64,000 nt of DNA. Origin: Chara braunii (Eukaryota; Plantae; Charophyceae). Within the stretch, counting starts at the first letter, position 1, and every line of letters begins with the position of its first letter. The stretch covers positions 3,514,718-3,578,717 of the forward strand of contig BFEA01000002.1 in NCBI GenBank assembly GCA_003427395.1. The letters run 5' to 3'. The position numbers were made by a program, and so were the translations under genes. Below are positions 13,160 to 25,744 of this stretch, piece by piece. The notes under the pieces were generated by a model. The model ran no database searches, had not been told where the DNA came from, and saw only the letters and a program-made list of their open reading frames with translations.

Positions 13160-13810
13160 CGATGGTCAGTGATTCCAAGCGGAATTTTGTCTGGTTTCGC
13201 ACTTAAACGTTTACCCAGATCCCTTCCCGCGATCTTGAATACTTGAGCTCTAGTTCCAAGTTTGAATTTTGCTGCGTACATTTTGGCCAGAGAGTGACGT
13301 AAAATAGTGGAAAAATACCACATGATACGGCGTCTGTTCTGTGCGTGTCGGAACCACTCGTTCAATCCTCTTAGAATAGCATTAATCCTAAAGTTAGTTT
13401 CACTTTGAGGAAAGTGCATATATNNNNNNNNNNNNNNNNNNNNNNNNNNNNNNNNNNNNNNNNNNNNNNNNNNNNNNNNNNNNNNNNNNNNNNNNNNNNN
13501 NNNNNNNNNNNNNNNNNNNNNNNNNNNNNNNNNNNNNNNNNNNNNNNNNNNNNNNNNNAGGAAAGTGCATATATCCAAAACATGGTTGTGGCTCATTCCC
13601 TTTGAGGAAACCTTGGGTTTGAAGTCTTTTGATGTATTTAGCGGTATCCGCAAAGACAGTCAAATTCTTACGCGCTTTCGCGCCTTCGTGGGATTCAGAC
13701 GCGAAGCGTCTGCTCTTCGAGCCGTAAGGTTGCCACCGCATACTTCGAAAGATGTTGTGGCCAAGGAAAGGTACTCCTTTCGACACATGGGTAAAATGGA
13801 ATTGAATCAC
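13160..13810 (-). pseudogene. Group II intron maturase fragment (RT end plus domain X), probably organelle-derived
   Basis: GVPFLGHNI...KRLQTQGFL..EPQPC...INAILRGLNEWFRHAQN...LRHSLAKMYAAKFKL; AT-rich codons; gap flanks overlap (AGGAAAGTGCATATAT). Confidence 0.85.
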
Positions 13811-13914
13811 CTATTTTTAAAGTAAAAATCATTCTTTTTTTTCTTTTTTTCTTGCCAATATTATTTTTTATTTTTTTTTTATTGGAAGATAGTAACTATT
13901 TTGTCAGAACGACG

Positions 13915-14569
13915 CTGGTCGGTGCTGGGGTGTTGCCCTGTAACCTGCGAAGGTTCATGAGGCCAGGTAGAGAGATCTGGGGATGCTTAGGGGCGGGCAT
14001 CTCACTGAATAATCAAGGGTTGCTGCTTGGAGGATGTCGGTCGGAGCTGGGGTGAGTTGTGTGGCCCTATAACCTAGCGGTGGGGGTGTGAGGCTGGGCA
14101 GACTAAGGTAGAGAGTATGATTGCGTTGGCGAGCCTGAGTAGGGTTGTTGTAGTCTCCTTGACTTTTCTGCAAATTGTCAACTAGGTATATTTTAGGCAC
14201 AAAACATACGATTAAGGGAAGCAAATTATTCGCACGGACGGGTGAGAAGTTCATAGGGGGGTGTAACAGGGGAAGGACCTTAGTCTTCGTCAGTAGGTCA
14301 AGGACGTGATTGGGACGACGCAGGCCGGTGCTGGAACATTGTTGTGTAACGTGGGGGAGCGTGAGGCTTGGGGAGCTCTATCCAGGGAGGAAGGCAGAAC
14401 CACCACGTTCGACGCAGCCGTTGCTGGGGTTTTACCCCTATCACCTAGGGGCGTGCGGCTAATGGGAGTTGTCGAGGGAGGAAGGCACGCCTTGTCATCT
14501 ATACCAGACTGGTCGGTAATGGGGCATGGTGGTACCCTATAACCCCAGCATAGGGGGTTATGAGACCAG
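13915..14569 (+). ncRNA. Cluster of five SRP-Alu-domain-like structured units (module A)
   Basis: Units at 13915, 14037, 14321, 14416 and 14509 with covarying stems around a conserved TRTAAC linker; identity as an Alu domain is inferred. Confidence 0.5.
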
Positions 14570-16380
14570 CAGCGTTTAGGTTCGAGGACAGATTACGGGG
14601 ACTTTGTTTTTTTCCAATTGTTGCGTGAGAAGTTTGCTAGTCGGTGGTTTCGGTTTGGATTTTTTGCTTTCAATTTGTTGTATGTCACTCGTGTCCTATC
14701 TGGACAAAAAAAAAACAAACCAACGGGCGATGTGTTCGAATATGACTATCCTCTAGAGGTTGTGATTGTTCTCGGTGGTTGTGGTAAAACGCTTTTAGGC
14801 TCTTGGGACTCCTTGCAATTTTCCTTGAGGCGATTTTTGATGTTGTTTTATTCATGATTTTTTTTTTGGACTTGAATCTGAAGAGGGCTGTTCGGCGTGC
14901 GCATCACGACAGGTTCGTGAGCGCGTAGCGCCAGTGACCCGTTACTTGGAAGGACCGCGAAGGAGAGGGCGCTCGACGGAGGTTTCGTGTCGACCAGGGA
15001 GGGGCGCCGGGGGGGGGGACCACGTGTCCACCGTTCGGTGGACCATAGCCAGCTGGAGCGCTAAGAGAGTGAAGGAAGTCCGTGGTGAAGGAAAGTAGAC
15101 CGGCCTGACGAGGAGGGATCTATCATAGTCGGCCGAAGGTGGGGAAGGTGGAGGAGTGTGGGGAAGAGTGGGGGAGGGCATGTTAGCGGACGGACACGAC
15201 GAGGAAAGAGACATCATAACTGGCTGGAGGGGAGGAGAGTGGAGGACTGGGAGGTCCGATGAAAGTGCGCGACAAGTGGCAGCGGGGTGCTTCCTGAAGA
15301 GGGCGGGGATCCGTCAGAAGACAGCATAGCTGCAGGGACAGAACAACGACTCCGCCACAACAAGATACAGCGTCACGGAAGATTCGTCAACGAGTTGGTT
15401 GGCTCCCCTTGGGGCCCCGTGACAGACAACTGTCACGGTGGGGGAGCACGACTAACGTTTGTCACAGTGAAGGAAAGACATAACGACCAACAGCACGACG
15501 TCCAAGTTAGTAGCTGGATACACACCCTGGAGGTAGCTCGATCCCGGCATCCCCCTCGCCACGTCCCCATCTTGACTTACCCCCTGCGTCACCTCCCTGA
15601 TCCCGATCCACCCCGGTCTCGACCCCGTTCACGTACGTCACCACCCGCGATCCAGACNNNNNNNNNNNNNNNNNNNNNNNNNNNNNNNNNNNNNNNNNNN
15701 NNNNNNNNNNNNNNNNNNNNNNNNNNNNNNNNNNNNNNNNNNNNNNNNNNNNNNNNNNNNNNNNNNNNNNNNNNNNNNNNNNNNNNNNNNNNNNNNNNNN
15801 NNNNNNNNNNNNNNNNNNNNNNNNNNNNNNNNNNNNNNNNNNNNNNNNNNNNNNNNNNNNNNNNNNNNNNNNNNNNNNNNNNNNNNNNNNNNNNNNNNNN
15901 NNNNNNNNNNNNNNNNNNNNNNNNNNNNNNNNNNNNNNNNNNNNNNNNNNNNNNNNNNNNNNNNNNNNNNNNNNNNNNNNNNNNNNNNNNNNNNNNNNNN
16001 NNNNNNNNNNNNNNNNNNNNNNNNNNNNNNNNNNNNNNNNNNNNNNNNNNNNNNNNNNNNNNNNNNNNNNNNNNNNNNNNNNNNNNNNNNNNNNNNNNNN
16101 NNNNNNNNNNNNNNNNNNNNNNNNNNNNNNNNNNNNNNNNNNNNNNNNNNNNNNNNNNNNNNNNNNNNNNNNNNNNNNNNNNNNNNNNNNNNNNNNNNNN
16201 NNNNNNNNNNNNNNNNNNNNNNNNNNNNNNNNNNNNNNNNNNNNNNNNNNNNNNNNNNNNNNNNNNNNNNNNNNNNNNNNNNNNNNNNNNNNNNNNNNNN
16301 NNNNNNNNNNNNNNNNNNNNNNNNNNNNNNNNNNNNNNNNNNNNNNNNNNNNNNNNNNNNNNNNNNNNNNNNNNNNNNNN

Positions 16381-16430
<50 letters not shown>
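16381..16430. repeat. (TG)n microsatellite at a gap edge
   Basis: Direct reading. Confidence 0.98.
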
Positions 16431-16432
<2 letters not shown>

Positions 16433-16518
16433 GTCATATTCGCCATACACTCAAAAAAAGCATGACTGTGCCAGACTGTTTCTTCGTCGGACTTTCACCG
16501 ACTCATCAGGAGGTTGAA

Positions 16519-16551
<33 letters not shown>

Positions 16552-17328
16552 CTGAATGGAGGTATGCTATCTTTTAGGTGATGTAGGCTTTGCGTGCCCC
16601 AACACAAAGGCAGGCCTGAGAAATAGGCCGTACTCAGGACATACTCACACTAGCACTTTCCTAAACGTGCCTGACAGCAATCACAAGCTGATCCGCATGC
16701 ATCTGACGGAATCACGTCCAGAACTTAGTAGAAAAAGGCCTAGTCTGAGTATGCGTCAGAGATAGAACGCGAGCGTTGACGGTCATTCAGGCACACGATC
16801 CGTGAAAGCTCCTCATTATTGTTATTAGGAAAAAAGAAGGAAAAGCTTCCAGTCAGAAGCATCCGTTGTTGGCAGCACCGCACACTCCTCTTTATGGCTG
16901 TATCTGACTTGAAACTTCATTTGCATTCACTGAAGCTAAAGAACCACGAAACACAAATGCGTTCACAGATACATAAAATTTTCTGGAGCCACTGCAGGCC
17001 CGGAATATTTTTTATTCTCTGAATTCGTGTTTTTCACAACGGGGGAGGGGGAGGGCGCGCTACCACACCCTGCCCCTCCTCGGACGGTCCCATCCCCCCC
17101 CCCCCCCCCCCCCCCCGACCCCCCACGCCAGCACCCCATCTCCCTGACCCCCCCCCCGGTTTTCCACCCGATCCCAAGCCTTGAGCCCCCGAACTACCTC
17201 ACTCACTCCCCCCTCAACTGCACAGCCGGAGCTAGATCTTCCCGGTAACTCCGAGATAATCATACGCATATTCGTAGATAATCTTGAGCCCCGTACCCAC
17301 TGCCCCTGCGTCTCGGCACTAGGGAATC

Positions 17329-20236
17329 ATGGTGAGCAGTAAGAGAAATGGGATGCAGCCACGTCACCAGCGATCGCACAAAAAAATGGACTCCATGCTG
17401 TTATACAGGGGAGTAGCAAGACACTACGCCCATAATCGATTACTGGTAGACACGGGTAAGGGCGGGGAAGTCAAGATGAAAGAGATGAATGAAGCAAACC
17501 AAGAAAAGAACACTCTTGGAGTTCTAGGAGAAAGAAGGGAGCCACAGTCCAGTAGCAACATGCAATCAGAACCCAGTAGCTCGAACATCTCTGGTTCATC
17601 GGCCCGAATATGGGCAGAGAGAGTAAAAGAGCCACGGCCCCAGGACACGATTACCGTTCAGCAAAGAAAAGATGGGGGGCAGTGAGGGAAGGCAGGAGGA
17701 ATGGAAAATCCCTACAAAGAACCTTTCGACTGTAGGGACCTTCTTTCTGTCCCGGCTCCTATCTGCCACTGAAAATAAGGTTCTTCAACACGCAGGCAGA
17801 TCGACAGTGGTCAGAGCTCTCCCAGGGGACGCGGTTAGGACAAGAGACGCTCTATACACTGCGCATGCGAGTAATTGGATATTTCACGACGACGCGGCGT
17901 TCAAATCCACGAACGACAAGGTGGGGTGGATCAGGGAGCGTTTAGCAGCATTTAAAGGATCGCAGGCGAACGCTCGAGAGTTGTTCTTGATACAACCCGT
18001 CTCTACCTCAGTCATCACCATCCTGAGTGTCGCTGTAGAAGACAAAATAAGCATGGACAGTTGGAAATTCATTCGTTGTGAGAGATCTAAGGTGCTCATT
18101 TACCCCTGGACCCCCCCGAGGCCGCAACGGCAAGAGGAACTTAGAGAACAGATGATGAGGGAACATTTCTGGGTGGAGTTCCGCCACATCCCGGTCGAAA
18201 TTCAAGCGGCGTTTATCCAGGACTTCGCCGAGAAATATGATGTGGTGGACTTCATCAACCCCCTCCCTCCCCACATGGCCCGCAGAGATGACTATCTAAT
18301 GCTAGCCATCAACCTTGCAGATGACCACATATTTTCAATAGACGATGTCATCCCTTTCTGTGTGAGGGGGAAGCTATACCGGATCCACACCGCTCACAAA
18401 CTCAGGCCATGGTGTCTTAAGTGTCAAGCCTATGACCATCTGTACACAGACACACTTTGCTTCCGCCACCCGTCCCACACAGTCAAACCCACTGGACGTC
18501 TGAGAAAAGACCCCTTTGATGAGACCAGGTGGCGAACGGTAGACCCAGGATATGAGGGCTGGGTATATGTGGATACTCCGGGGGGGAAAGGTGGGGGGAG
18601 TATCGGCTGGTCGTGGGAAGGGCAAGGAGACTCCCGACCGGGATCTCAACCGCCAGCAACATGGATCCCGCCCAAGGCCCTGGAGGCACACCTGAAGCCC
18701 CCCCTTGCAAAGACAAAAAGGCAAGAAATTTGGGAGGTGGTGGGGGGGAAGCATAAGGCACCACTGAAAACGGCAGCACAGAAAACAGCATTGATAGACG
18801 AGGCTGGCCGGGAGGACAATCGTTTTGACTGCCTGAGGGATAGCAGGGAGAAGATGGGACAGGAAAAGGAGAAGGATCAGGAGGGCCAAAAACAGGCCTC
18901 CAAAGACGACCAGGAGGAGCAAAACCTGTCCAAAGGGAAGGGGGTGGCGATCCAAGACGGTAATTGCACGCAGCAGCTACAGGACGCCCTTCCCACGCCA
19001 CCCCCAGGGTCCGCAACCCAAGACACGAAAAAAGACGATGGCACGACAGCAGAGGGGGAGGGGGGAAAGGGGGGGGCGATTGAGACAAGGATAACTAAGG
19101 ATCATCAACCGGTGTAGCAAGGGACTCGGTTGAAACAGCAGGCGCAGGGGAAACACGGTACCCCGCAGGAACAACAAGCATTACATGCACAGCAACCGCA
19201 GCCACAACCTCACCAAATTCCGTCTGCCTTGCAGCAAGCAGAACATGAGGAACTAAGACCACTGCCCCCCGATTTTTGCTCAGACGCCTTCGGGGCACAG
19301 CAAATGGAAGTGGATACATCCCCTCCTCCCCCCGATGTCGAAATGGAGGAACCCTCACAAGACCCGGCAGACCCCGACGCTCCCCCCCACGAAATGGGGC
19401 TAGATCAGAAAATACAGGTGGTGGCAGACTGGATTCTGAAACATCTCCAGTCAAACTGCCCAGTTGACAGGGAGGAGTACTGGGACAAGTCCTATGTCGA
19501 ACTAGTGGGGCTTCTGAACAACAACCCCTCACTAAGGAATGCACTAACATCTGGCCCCCCCCCTCACCTAACTTGGGCCGAGGCATTTCAACGGATCTTG
19601 GCTGTCGCTCGGAGCCGGTTTCATCCCCCCTCGGCAGCACACCCTCCCTCACATAAGGCGCAGGACCAACCGATCCAGCCAGAGGCGAAGGGAGCAGAAC
19701 CGGCAGAGGCGGGACTGACCTCACGAAGACTAAAGCTAAGGCAACTTATAGAGCGAGGTCTGTTCGAGATGCCGCTCTCTAAGCCTGAGGCAGTATTAGT
19801 GATCCCCCTATGGAAAACAGAAGGAAGATGGGAAGTGGGCCTCTCCCCGGTGGGAGAATATGGGGGCGTAACACTACAAGGCTGGGACTTTGTACCCCAG
19901 GAGGGAGATCAGGGAGAAAGGGCACGGATCTTCTCCAGGCAAATGACGGCCTTTATCCCGAAACACTTTGCCCCCGGGGCAAGTGCTGGCCTGAGATTCG
20001 AAGCCTGCTGTGATGAGCAGATGGCCAAAAATGACCTCTATCTACTTTTCGATCCCAACAGAGCCGCCAACCTGGGATGGTACAGCCACAATGCACTACT
20101 GGACCTACAGTGCGCAAAGATCAAAGCCAGTGATTACTGGCCTTAGGATGACGTATGTCGATGCTTGTGTCACATGGTGCGAAAGAGGATCCTGCAACTA
20201 GACAAATGGGATATCAAGAAATGACACCCATTATGA
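17329..20236 (+). pseudogene. LINE ORF1 (~970 codons) with zinc knuckle CLKCQAYDHLYTDTLC
   Basis: One frameshift near 17680 and in-frame stops at 19115, 20144 and 20222; colinear with ORF1 of copy 2, including the terminal stop position. Confidence 0.85.
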
Positions 20237-20275
20237 GGCAAAGAGAGGGACCACCAAGCAGAGGCAAACTGAGCA

Positions 20276-23200
20276 ATGGAGGAGTTAGACATATTATATA
20301 GTAAGAACCAGGCGTGGAAAAAATGTGTTGAGTCAGCCGACCTGGATCTGCGTTCCCTCAATATGAACGGGCTGGCAGTAGGCAGGCCAAAAAAGCGCCA
20401 AGCCATCTGGGATTAACTCAGGGGTATAGGAGGGAGGCGGTGGCCGGATGTAATATGTATACAAGAGACACATCTACAGGATATCCCGAACCATAACCGT
20501 GCGCACAACTTGATTTGGCCCCACATGGCTATAAGAGCTCACGCTCCCACACCGGGCTCCGCGGGGGTTGCAATTTGGATACCGCCGGACTCCAGATTTC
20601 AACCTGTTTANTTGACGGTGGACGAAGCGGAGGGACGATGGGCCTCGGTCCTGGGAATGCTAGAGTTAGAGCTACTTTGCATTATTTGTATCTACTCACC
20701 TAACTCCGTTGGGGAGAGGAGGGAGTTTCTGGGAAGGGTCGGTACGCAAATCCCGGAAGGTATCCCCCTAATAATAGCAGGGGATTTCAATGCGGCCCCA
20801 AACAAGAGTTTGGATAGATGGAACCCTCAAGACTCCCTCTCCTTTGCTGCAACAGAGGATGAACAAATGATGGCAGATCTCTGCGAGTCACTCTCAGTCT
20901 TTGACACATTCCGACGACTGCACCCTCAATCGCGGACATTCACGTGCATCCGAGATAACAATTCGATGCGCCTATCCAAATCCCGAATTGATCTTATCCT
21001 GATGTCAAATGATCTGGAGGGGGCTTTGAGGTGGGCCTTGATCCTCCCCCGGAGCCCGTATCCGGGTCTCGACTATAAGACTTGTGGCATAATACTTACA
21101 ATGCGGAAAAAGCTGGATCAAGGACCAAACTTTTATAAACTTAACATCTCTCTACTCAAAGACTCGTCCTTTCCACAGATGATCCGCCATGAATGGGAGT
21201 TCTGGCCTGAACAGGAACACCTCTTTGACTCATACCTCGAATGGTTCAACAACGGCTTAATATTCTTAGCCAGAAAATGCAAGGACTTCTCTAAAGCCAA
21301 AGCGGCCCTACGACAACATCTCGAAATGACCACCCATAAGGAGTTAGTAGCCCTGGAAGGACAAGTAGAAGCTATCCATCCAAACTCAGACCCGGAACAT
21401 CCTATTACCTCCATCCAAAATCTCAAAGACCAACTTTTACAGTATGCCCTACATAGATGGCAAGGAATTAGAATCAGAGGGAAAATGGCTAAGCTCACCT
21501 ACGAAGCCTCAATGGACACCCATTTCTTTTCCCTAGCCACCGCAAGGTCGCAGCGGACAGTCATTGAAGCCCTGTTCGATCCAGAGAATAACGATACCAT
21601 TGCCACTGACACAGCGCATTGTACGCTAATTACTAGAAAGTTCTTTAAACAACTTTACACCTCTCAAGTCTCCTCTCACAATAAGGAAGAAAGGACTCGG
21701 GAAATACAGGAGTTCTTACTCCCAATGGACCGACATATCTCCCCCCAACAACGAGACAAACTGAAAACAACACTCACAAAGGAGGAAGTCTGGACCGCGC
21801 TCCTTCAAATGAAGGAAGATAAAACCCCTGGGATAGATGGCTTCCCCAAGGAGTTTTGGGAATCGATGTGGTCGGACCTCAGCACCGATTTATGCGAATA
21901 CTATTAGAAGGTGTGGGAGGTCGGGGAAATGGGGGAAACCGTGGGGAAGGGGGTACTTTCTCTTCTGTACAAAAAAGGGGACAAAATGAACATAAGGAAC
22001 TATAGACCCATTACGCTGCTCACAGTGGTGTACAAAATGCTCTCAAAAGCGCTGGCCAACCGCATGACGACTGTATTGGACGAAGTCATCCACCCAACCC
22101 AAACTGGGTTTATGTCAGGAAGAAATATCCAAGAGAACATCCTGCTGGTGAATGAAGTGGTCCAACTAGCACGAAGGAAACAAACCAACGCGACAATTAT
22201 CTTCATTGATTTTGAAAAAGCATACGATCACGTGGAGTGGGAGTTCCTAGACATATGTCTAGACAAAATGAACTTTGGTTCGACATTTCGGCGCTGGGTT
22301 AAGATCGTCCACAACAACGCCACCACATGTGTCCAGGTCAACGGGTCGGTGGGGCTACCTTTTGAGCTTCAACGGTCAGTAAGACAAGGGGACCCCATTG
22401 CCCGTTACCTCTTCTTGGTAATCATGGAGGCATTATCAGCTAATCTACGCCACAATAAAGACCTCACTGAAATCAAAATAGCGAATATCCCCAACGAGGC
22501 AATACCCATCTGCTCCCTATTTGCTGATGACCTTACCATAATGGTAGAGGTGACAGCGGCTAATATGGAGGAAATTCAACACCTCATGAATAAATTTTGT
22601 CGCCTGTCGAATATGACAGTGAATTGGGGACAAAAAACTACGAGGTGGTGGATGCACCACCAGGGGGGAAGACCTCCGGAAAACCCATGAATCTCATGGC
22701 TACCCCCTGAACACCCTCTTAGGATTCTGGGGGCGCTGGTCACTGCCAATGGAAAGCCAGCAGTTAACAATGAGTGGCTGTTGGGCCCAGCACAAGCCAA
22801 ACTCGAAAAATGGAACAAGTGTACGTCTATTTTTGGGCGCGCTCTCGTCATCAACAACGTGGTTCTAGCCACGCTTTGGTACAAAGCCATCCTGTGGCCA
22901 ATGAGCAATGGTGGGCTCAAAGCGCTCAAACAGCAGTTAGCGACCTTCTTATGGAGGGGAGATAGTAACAACACCCACACGATAAGCTGAGTAGCATGAG
23001 ATTCTGTAATCCAGCCTAAGAACAAGGGTGGACTAGGAATTGTGGATCTGGCCACACAATTCCAGTCACTTTCAATTCGCTGGCTTCAGCACATTATCTT
23101 CTCTCCGACCTCTCCATGGGTCCCCCTTGCCCTGGCACAAATCTCCGATCTGGCCCCAGAATCCCCGCCTGAAATTGATCCCTGTGTATGGCTGGAGGAC

Positions 23201-24823
23201 AGGTATTAGAGGCGAACCAGGAGATACAGAAACGGGGACCCCACAGACAAGCTCTGGTTACGTCTCATACGGACCTGGAGAAAGTTCCCCCCCCCCCGAC
23301 AGACCGGCACCAGATAGATGGGAGGAAATATACCGGCAACCCCTATTTGGTAATCGACTAATAACGGATTCGGGGGGGCGGGTGCGGAATGCCTCAGACT
23401 CGCCATGGAAGGGATGGGTGAAGCACGGCATACGGAAAGTTGGAGAGCTCTGGGACACAGAGGAAAGGGAGTGGAAAAATACTGATAGGATACGAGCAAC
23501 ACTACAATATTGCCACTTCACTGAGAGGGCAGTGGAGGAACTGATCGATAGTTTTCCCCTGCGTTGCTACACCATCCTTAGAAAAGGACCATGCACGCGG
23601 GTAGGCGACTGGGTGGGGTTACCTGACCACATCCAGGAAGTGGGATATATACACCTCGCCGACCAGTCTCACGTACTCATAGAAGTCTTTTCTGTTCTGA
23701 AGGATGAGGAACTACGAAGTAAACAGCAACCCTTCATATGGAAGAACAAAAAAGAGATATATCGCATCAGGGTCACAGAGACCGGAGGGCGCCAGATGGG
23801 GTTTCGCACAAGGACCCCAATTGAGGACCTCCCCCTGGACCCTACGGAGTGGTGCTGGACCCTGAACTCTCCAGCCGGGAAGAAGGACCCAAATACACTA
23901 CCACTACAAAGCTTAAAATCCAAATCTATGTACCGTATGCTCCGACCCAAATGCAATCTACGGGACCAAGTAGTGGACAGATGGTATCGCCACCTCAACG
24001 TTGACCGTGGTTTGCTGAAAACCGTCCGATGGTTTGCACACTATCGCAACGAACCGGCCAAAATGTCAGCCCTACAGTGGCAAATTGAACATAGGTGCTT
24101 ACCAACTAATGACTGGCTTATAGACCATACCCGCCTGGAACAGCAAGGGAAGGCATTACCGTGGTGCCATAAATGCCTCTCGAGCTACCCTAGGCAGAGG
24201 CGGGCGGAGACCATTGAGCATATTTTCCTTCAATGTCCCGCGTTGATATTACTTTGGAGGACCTAGGATAGGATATGGCGCCACATTGTTCCCGACGCAG
24301 TGTGGCCATGGGACTGGAGGGCCCTATTGCTGGGACACTACCCTCCAATTCGAGGGAACACGTTCGACGAGAATATGTTCAACCTGGGAAGACGAAGTGT
24401 GTTATGGACTATATGGTGAAAAAGATGTGCCTTTGAGATAGAAGGGGCACAGAGGAAGGGGAAACCATTGACCAGATCCGGACATTGGTGCAGCACGAGA
24501 TTGCGTTGCAATGGAAGATGGCTAAAGACAAACTCGACCAAATGCATTCTTGGGGGGACATGAACATAATAATCTCTACATTCTGCAAGAACTGGCTAGG
24601 GGGAGAAAGGGAGGGATGGGTGGCGAAGGTAAAATGGACAGGTGGCCAGCCAGAGAGGCACTCACAGGAGGATCCCCGGACGGGGATCGTAAGAGACTAT
24701 CAACTGATCTTTCATGACTGGACCCAGGTTGACCCCGGCTCCCCGCTGCGGCCTGCGCAGGAATTCCCCGACCCTTTCTTGCCCCATCCACTGTCCCTAG
24801 CAGAAATCCCTTCGTTCACATAG
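20276..24823 (+). pseudogene. LINE ORF2: APE endonuclease, reverse transcriptase, C-terminal CCHC finger
   Basis: LNMNGL, ICIQETH, IAGDFN, SRIDLI; FIDFEKAYD, VRQGDP, SLFADD; CHKC..ETIEHIFLQC; several stops and frameshifts. Confidence 0.95.
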
Positions 24824-25593
24824 AGCCTTATCTTACCTGTCTTGCTCTTAAAAAAAGAAGAAGGGAGCCTCAGTTTCCCTTTAGAAGAGTCCGAAGGCGT
24901 GGGGAAGNAGCAGACAAGACAGGTTAACTAGGTCACTTGCTGAGCTCACTGAGTCAGTCTGAGTCAATCCGAGTCATTCAGGAATCTCTACTGGGATCGG
25001 TGTTGATGAAGCAGAAGCTCACTTGAGGNNNNNNNNNNNNNNNNNNNNNNNNNNNNNNNNNNNNNNNNNNNNNNNNNNNNNNNNNNNNNNNNNNNNNNNN
25101 NNNNNNNNNNNNNNNNNNNNNNNNNNNNNNNNNNNNNNNNNNNNNNNNNNNNNNNNNNNNNNNNNNNNNNNNNNNNNNNNNNNNNNNNNNNNNAAAAAAA
25201 AAAAAAAGAAGAAGAAGAAGAAGAAGAAGAAGAAGAAGAGAATTGTTTGTACTGAAAACAGCCATGCTGGTGGTGGTCGAAGGTGGATTGATTAGGTTTC
25301 ACCTATCTGATTCGTGGTTGGGAGGCTTGTTGACAACTTGACACACATTTTCTGAAGTTTCTGAGTTTTCCTTTTTCTTTAATTGTTCTTAGCCGAAGCC
25401 GGGTAATGGCCCCGGTGAGCCTTTGACTAATGATTAGCGGAACCTCGTCTTATCCGTTTTTAAAACTTTATAACTTTATAACTTTATAACTTTTTATTAG
25501 TTTTTAACTTTTTTATTAGGTGGATTATGGAAGTTCAACAGAAGCCATGTTGTATGGTTGCTGGCACTGCAAAGTTTGATGATCTAGCGCTGT

Positions 25594-25691
25594 GTCCTTT
25601 GGGGAACATCCATTAAAATTGGAACGACGAAGCGAAGATTACTTAGATTAGTGTGCCCCTGCGCAAGGATGACACTCATGCATCATTTGGG

Positions 25692-25730
<39 letters not shown>
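25594..25730 (+). pseudogene. U6: 3'-truncated, polyadenylated U6 snRNA retrocopy
   Basis: GTCCTTTGGGGAACATCC.TTAAAATTGGAACGA..GAAGATTA..GCCCCTGCGCAAGGATGACAC, then ~39 A. Confidence 0.9.
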
Positions 25731-25732
<2 letters not shown>

Positions 25733-25744
25733 TGTTGTTTTATT

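Larger units (their letters stand above)
11562..14570 (+). mobile_element. Putative long non-coding element E1, interrupted by an adapter artefact and a NUMT
   Basis: GC hairpin at 11649-11674 shared with 29683 and 32162, then a T-rich body and five Alu-domain-like units (13915-14569); no 3' tail seen. Confidence 0.5.
17041..25207 (+). mobile_element. Near-full-length L1/Tx1-like LINE (copy 1), inactivated
   Basis: C-rich 5' UTR, ORF1, ORF2 (APE-RT-CCHC); 3' UTR runs into a gap followed by poly(A); ends approximate. Confidence 0.9.

Noticed and set aside
17672-22990. Single fused ORF1-ORF2 polyprotein, since all pieces are in one frame in copy 1
   Set aside because: The ORF1 stop and ORF2 ATG are positionally conserved in copy 2, where the two ORFs lie in different frames.
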